Shown one piece after another: positions 57,476 through 64,000 of a stretch of 64,000 bases of DNA. Position numbers and translations under genes: made by a program. Source of the DNA: Lepidodermella squamata (lineage: Eukaryota > Animalia > Gastrotricha); the NCBI GenBank assembly GCA_047495785.1, contig JBLDXI010000001.1, forward strand, positions 372,001-436,000, read 5' to 3'. The notes beneath the pieces are model-generated. The model did not search any database. It was given only the letters and a program-made list of their open reading frames with translations, and was not told where the DNA came from. Position 1 is the first letter of the stretch. Each line of letters begins with the position of its first letter.

Positions 57476-60400
57476 TTAATAGAGCTCGATTTCGTTTATG
57501 GCAGCAACCGGTTGCTTCATGTTCCTGGAACGAAAAAATTGACCGATATTAATCAAATCATTATATTTTTTGAAAATCTTACGCAGTCAGGCCATCAGCC
57601 AAGGCTTTCTTCTGCATAACCTGTGCAATGCCATAAGCGACGCCGGCTAATACCAATGCGCCTCCCAAGGATCCAGCAATAGCTCCGATTTCTAAATATC
57701 GAAACATGTCATATTGGGTTTAGATCACTTGCTCATTTAGGCTTACGTTCTGGTGTTAACCCGCCACTAGAGGATTGGGTCGTGGTGCTTTGAGTTATAA
57801 CGACAGCTGGTGCTTTTGTTGTCGTAGTCGTTGAAGTTGAAGTCGTCCAGATAAGGGCAACTGTCAAGGTTCCGGTCGTAGTCAACGCTGAGTTGGCGCA
57901 GGTTACTACAACCAAATACTGAGGCTGTAGCAGGTACGTGAAGTTGGCCGACTGGGTGGTCGCTATCGTTCCATTCGAAGCGATTGTGAAATAGCTGAGA
58001 CCGGTCTGGGGCAGAACGTAGTAGCCCCAGGTAATGGCATTGCCAGCAGGATCGGTGCATTTAGCAATGTAAATGTTACCTGCGCCAGGGTAGCCTTCAC
58101 GGATGCTCACGAAATTAGGAAGGTTTGTGATGACAGGAGCTTTCGCGACAGCAATTAGAGAGACCGTTAGAGTGAACGTTTTCTGCATCGCTTGTTGGCC
58201 ACCTCCCAGCCCAGTATCAGTAGCTATCGCCCTGACCAGATAAACAGGTGCCTTTTGGTAGTTGAAGTTAGGACGATCAAGCAGCTTGATGACTTTAAAC
58301 ACAAACTGGTTAGGCAAATAGATTTCAAAACCCAATAAAACTTACGTCCTTGGGTTGAGACTTGAAATGCCCCGCTGCTGGGCGTTATATCTTGCAGCCC
58401 GTAAACAATCGACTGCGACTGATTGCTTTGAACTCTCATGTCCCATAGCAACTGCCCACTCGTTGTATCTTCGCGAAGCCAGACCGTGTAGTTGTAAGTC
58501 GATGAATTACTGAAGGGCCCCGTGTTGACTTTGTAAATGGTTATGGCCAACGAGCTCGTTTGTGTACCGCCGACTCCATTCGTTGTAGTGAAAATCGCTG
58601 TGTAGGAGTTCTGAATGCCATAGCTGAACTGCGGGTTCAGAACGTATCCGAATACTGGAAATGAAAAAAGTCAGGTATTTAGTAGTAAACAGTAACTCAT
58701 CTTACTATTTGTTGTGGTATTAAAGAAGAACTTCGAATTTCCAGAGGCAGGTGTTATCCCTACGTAATTGATGGTTAGTGAAGCAAAGTTATTATTCGGA
58801 TCTGCTGCGCCAATCGTGTAGACATCTGTCGGGCCGAAGTAAACGTCCTCGCGGATACTGACCCATCCCGGCAGAGAAGTCCACAAAGCAGCCCGAGGAA
58901 CTCGCTGAATCGAAACTGTAACTGTCGTCGTGGAAGTGGCCTTACCAAGCGAGCCCGTATCCATAACTTCAACGACAACCCAGTAGACGGGTATGATAGA
59001 GTAGTTGAACATTGGCTTCGTATTCGCGTAGTATTGATTGTATTCTAACAAATTCGTGCCCCAGGGTATGGTAAAAGCAGGGTTCCTGACAGGTCGAACG
59101 TCGGTTATATTGTAATACAGCACATCGTTATCGCAAGTTGACGGCGATGCCGTTCGATCTGATGCTGTGAACGTGTAGAAAAACGACTGGCCCGTTGCAT
59201 TCTCGTATATTGAAGATATCGTAGGGCCGGGTGGTACGCTGCCACCTGAGAATTTCGGAGCCCGGTTGACAAGAGTTAGCGACACTGTCAAATTCGTTAT
59301 CGATGATGCGTTTTTAGCCAACAATGGGGCCGGCGGATTATCTTGAACCAACACTGGCAGCACATAGGTAGCTTGCGTGCAGTAATCAAACGTGGGATTG
59401 ACGTAGTAGATAACTTTACAAAATCGAGGGGTTGAAAATTCGATGTTAAATGGTTACAATCAACTTACTTCCTAAATTGTAATCAATGGAGAAAATACCA
59501 CTGTAAAGAGTTTGCGAGTAGGTGTTTGAGTTAGTGACAAATCGGAAGGTTCTAGCATCGCCCTCTTTATCAACAGTTAGAACTTGATACAATATGCCGT
59601 AGCCAGTAGTCGTTTCCGGTATCACAGTTGAATTCTGAAAAAGTAATTTTAAAGAAAATATGACATGAAAATAGTAATCCATACCGGTAAATTGGTGACA
59701 TTCGGAGCTCGATTCACGTATTGAACGTAAATGACAATAGTGTTTTGAACCGTATAAATCCCATCTGTGACTGATACATTGCAGTAGATGATGGGCACAG
59801 TCAAGAAATCAAAGTAGTACGGCCCTGGTCCAGCCACGGCGACAGCTTAGACAAATGAAATTCGCTATTAAATTCACGAAAAATCTCGAAGAAAACGATA
59901 ACTTACTTGCATTACCGTAGTTCAACGTTGAAGTGCCAGGTATTATGTAAAAAATTTGGCTGTTGTACGTTGCACTGATGCCGGTGACGTTGAAGAAGAG
60001 TGTCTTGGTTCCACCAGCTGGATAATTTTGAGTTGCAGACACAACGAAGGAGAAGGATGTCGAAGTTTCTTGGACTATCAGCGTCTGTGATGCAAAAATT
60101 GAAGACAAATTTTTCCAGAACAATGAAAATTCATACTGTTGGGGAAGTCAGAATAGGAGGATCGTCGACTTTTATGATGTTGACCGTCAAAGTAAAAGTC
60201 GGGAATGGCGTCGGAATGGAATATGCATCCTTGATCTGAACTGGGATCGTGTAATACTGGTAACCGCCAGCAGCGAAAACTCGGCCGCAGCAAGTGCCAA
60301 CCGAAGAAAAGTAGCCGTTGTAGCATATCTGCGTTCCGTTTAGATACCACATGCCTGTTCCTGAAGTGCCGTTCGCCGCCGCAACCGTTCCCATCGTCAT

Positions 60401-62137
60401 GTAGAAAACAGTATCATTGTTAGGATCCACTGGAATTGATGACAGATTGTATATGCATGCTTGCTTTGCTACGTCTTCAGTTAAAGCTAGCGCATCCTGA
60501 AAAATTTCGAATTCAAATAATCATCAATCGCCCGTAGCAATCAATCCACTTACCGAAGATGGGGTTAGCACAGGCTGCCGATTCATTTGCTTGATGTAGA
60601 CGATAATCGATGACGTCGTAGTGACTGGCACAAGTCCAGTTGGAGCATTAACACCAATTATAGTTACGTTGTAAGTTGGCTGCGTCAGATAATTGAAGGG
60701 GGTATTGTAGCCGTTGACACTCGCCGTTCTCGTGAAAGGGGCGCAATAAACAGGAGTAGGCGGGGCAGGTGAACAGGAGGCAAGTGCTCCGACCGTCAAA
60801 TAGGTTCCACTCGGAAAAATCGGTGGATTGATGTTCAAGAGGCTGATCGAGGCGGCGGCGGCGGTGGATCGTGTTATAGTCATTTGAATGGGAAATATTT
60901 GCGCAGCCGGAGGAGCATCACTTTCAATGATCGTAACCGTTCCGGGTAAATTTTGGAAAACCGGAGCGTAGGCCAAGTCAGTGATGGTCATATCTAAGGT
61001 CCTAGTCACAGAAAGACCGCCTGCATCTGTAGCTTGGATGATGAAGCGGATAATGCTGGGTGCTCCGGTTCCGCTGTCGTACCACGAGTCGAATTGCGCC
61101 AAGCAAGTCGAGACAACCGGGCAACGAGACACGTCGTATTTCAAGACTGTGTCGTTGCCATTGGAGTTCATGAAGTTGTACCCCGTGATATAGAACGGTG
61201 TCGGGTCGACTCCCATGTTGCCTTTGTTAGGACGATAAATCTGTTTGATGGTGACAGTCACGTTGCCGTAAACGTCGTTGAATGTATCAGGGTCAAGAAC
61301 AAGAAGAGTAGCGATAGCGCCAGCATATTGGTTGGAAGTTCCGGTGTACTGAGGGACGCTGACATTGACGGGCGTACTAGGATCGAATCTCGGGTACTCA
61401 TCTATATTAAGGTAGATGATGTAGAGAAGATTTATCGTTCTACTCAATATTAGACTTACTGCAGTCTTGAACTTGGACTGTTACGTTGGCAAGCATCTGC
61501 CACGGGCAAACTCCAGTGCGAGCCATTCTCAGCCTAGCTGAATACTGAAAATTGGACCCGTACAGTGTCTCATAGTCCAAATATTGGCCAGCAGGAAAAT
61601 TAACTTGGAATACAACTGAAAGACAGAGAATTTAATTTCTTAGCTCAAGCTCAATTTGAAGTGCGAAATGTTCTTACACTGGCAGTAAGTAACTGTGTTC
61701 TGAGATGCCGGGATGTTATGACAAGTATTGAAGCTACTCATGTCCCAGTTAGTTGCTGTGAAGGTGGGAGCTGCCAAGAATTAAATTACTTATATCATAT
61801 TTTTACTACGCATCGAAGCTTACACAAAGGAGTGACTGTAACGGCAGTTTGGGCAGTTGTTGGAGCAAAATCGTTGACTGTGATGGTGTTCGTACCATCG
61901 GTACCAGTAAACGAGACATTACCCATTGCCAGGTAGAGCGTGGTGTTTTGGCACTCATAAATGTAAGTAACAGTAGGAATAACTACTACGACTGCGACTT
62001 GGTTGCCGCCGCTGCACAAAACAGCAGAAGTGGCCTCGAAACCTGTGAACAGGACGGGGTAGACTTGCAGAAATTAACAATGTTCGAAACTTACCAAACG
62101 CAGCGCAGAGAAACAAAGCTTTCAGCAAGATTTGCAT
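57476..62137 (-). CDS. Non-classical cadherin-like type I membrane protein (copy A)
   Basis: Multi-exon, all introns splice in frame. Signal peptide MQILLKALFLCAAFGFEATSA; cadherin-like repeats (LDYE, DCNEYPRF, ATDAGG, VDDPP, VNRAP); Thr-rich stalk; TM IGAIAGSLGGALVLAGVAYGIA; short tail ending EIELY. Confidence 0.85.
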
Positions 62138-63172
62138 TTCTATTAAAAGTAAAACGAAATTACAAACGGTGTGAGCAAAAGTTAGCAATCAATTGAAAGA
62201 TATTTTATAAAATTGGTTAAAAGGAAATGATGCAATGCAGCGATGAATTTCAGATGATACGTTATTCAGTAAAAAAAATCGCCTACGCAATTGTCATGGG
62301 AAGCGACTGTTGAAAGGCAGGGCGGTTTCTTTTTTGCAAGTTGTGAATACCTTTGAATAGGCATCGCCCTGCAAGTTCGCCCACGTGCCGCGACCTTGGC
62401 GCATTTGTAAAACTCTCTTGCATCAATGCATCAATCACGGAAAATTCTAAGAAATCGGTGTAAATACATTTCAATTCATAGAATCTATTTATTAAGTTTT
62501 TTCTGAAACATATTCATCCTTCGCGGACGTGGGAGTTTGAGTGCACCATTATTCAGTTGAATCACTTGGCCTTCCCACCATTTTTTACGTCATGAAATAT
62601 TTGCGCGCCATTAATTTTGGGCGAAACCAGCCAAGGATTCTCCTATTAGTTGAGTGATGATTGGTGGAGAGACTTATAAAAGTAATTGTAGATTGAAGAA
62701 TAGGCTAATTTTTTGATAATTAAACTATTCAGATATTCAGATTTCAGATAGGGCTTGGGAAAATTCGATTCACGGGGTAATTAATTTGATCCAAAAATAT
62801 TACCGTAGCCCGATTAGCTACGCGGGCTATTAAAATTTTAACTTCGGTATTTTGAAAATTCGGAAATTAATTTTTGGTGAATTCTTCATTTTATGTTTTC
62901 AAACCGACTTCATGCCTTAACCTTTCTCCGAGATTTCAACATTAGTATCCGTTTATTTCCTGATATGTCTGAAGAGTTAGGAATGATGCAGCCTAAAATA
63001 TTTATATTGCGTATAATAACCGGGGACACAATTTAAAAACTCTTATACGCGTGTAAAAAATGTACCGCACATGAACCTCAATCGAAATGGAAGATGAAAA
63101 TGCTCAACATATTATTTTATTTTTTCTTCAAATATATCGTCGATGCACTGAATATGATCAAATGGATTCTCA

Positions 63173-64000
63173 TCAAACTGTCGTGTGCCGAAGAGTGTTG
63201 CTCGGCATTTTCATTGAGCTGAAATTAAAAAGACAAATCAAAATTAGTTACAAAAAACATACTCGCAACTAACTCTACTATGCCTTCGCGTTTTGCCTTG
63301 CGTTGTAGTGCCCTGGCGATGCCCCACGCTGACAGAGCTAACACAAGAGCGCCCAGTAGCGAGCCGACAATTGCGCCGATCTCTGAGGAAAATAGAATAC
63401 TCCCGAATGAAAAAGAATCGATTAACGATCAAAAGACAAACCTTCAGGGGTTAATAAATCGCCGGATGAGCTCGCTTGACTTTCCATGCCATTGTCCGGT
63501 CTTGTAGTTCTCGGCAACGGTGTTGTCGATGTTGTTGAAGTTTTCCACAGCACAACAACAGTCAGAGTGCCAGTTGTCGTATAAAACCCGTTTGAACACA
63601 ACGCTTCCACGTAATAAAATGGTTCGTCGGAGTAGGAGAAGTTAGCCTGCGCTGTTGTTGAGATAGCGCCATTTGCTGCAATGCTGAACTTGTTGTAACC
63701 AGTGTTCGGCAGAACGTTGTAATTCCAACTCAGTTGCCGGTTGTCTTGATCAACGCACTTCGTGTTGTGAAGGCCGCCATAAACAACGCCAACTGAACCT
63801 TCTCGCACCGAGGCGACGCTTGGCAAGCTGGTGATAACGGGCGGTTGCGGGTCATCGATCAGACTCACGGTTAGCGTGAAGGTCGTCGCCATGCCGAAAC
63901 GATCAGTTGCCGTTGAAGTGATGACATAAACTGGTACTGATCTGTAGTTGAAATTCGGTTTGTCCACCGATCTTATAACTTAACAATTCGCCGATACTTC
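63173..64000 (-). CDS. Non-classical cadherin-like protein (copy B), 3' part only
   Basis: Paralog of the copy A C-terminus (DKPNFNYRSVPVY vs DRPNFNYQKAPVY; TTGTLTV; same intron positions around the TM). TM IGAIVGSLLGALVLALSAWGIA; tail ends RHTTV*. Confidence 0.85.

Noticed and set aside
62806-62829. GC hairpin tagcccg...cgggcta as a Helitron 3' end
   Set aside because: No CTRR terminus at the expected distance on either strand.

Overview
Eukaryotic (metazoan invertebrate) DNA from a very compact genome. Most introns are GT-AG and about 48-70 nt, and the standard genetic code fits every gene; the species cannot be determined from the sequence. Hand-splicing gives about 18 protein genes: a poorly supported unknown gene at the left edge, MIX23/CCDC58, YTHDF, an F-box/LRR protein, PCCB, MRPS28, UBE2T, an SLC17 transporter, a nucleoside hydrolase, IFT27, LRRC61, an ANKAR-like protein, an NDR/STK38 kinase, an ankyrin-repeat protein, a calmodulin-derived EF-hand protein, an M13 (ECE/neprilysin) peptidase and two tandem non-classical cadherin-like genes. 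A 1.3-kb non-autonomous PIF/Harbinger-type element sits in the first intron of the M13 gene. The most notable signals are: (1) co-directional gene runs with 124-380 bp spacers, several with AATAAA just before a 3' splice site just before the next ATG, suggesting operons resolved by spliced-leader trans-splicing; (2) a cilia-flavoured neighbourhood with RFX X-box motifs; (3) a calmodulin paralog keeping the ancestral exon structure but with two alternative N-terminal exons, a linker insertion and an acidic tail; (4) a tandem pair of divergent cadherin-like proteins with different short tails. No rRNA, tRNA, CRISPR array or autonomous transposon was recognised. Protein assignments rest on recalled motifs, not database searches.
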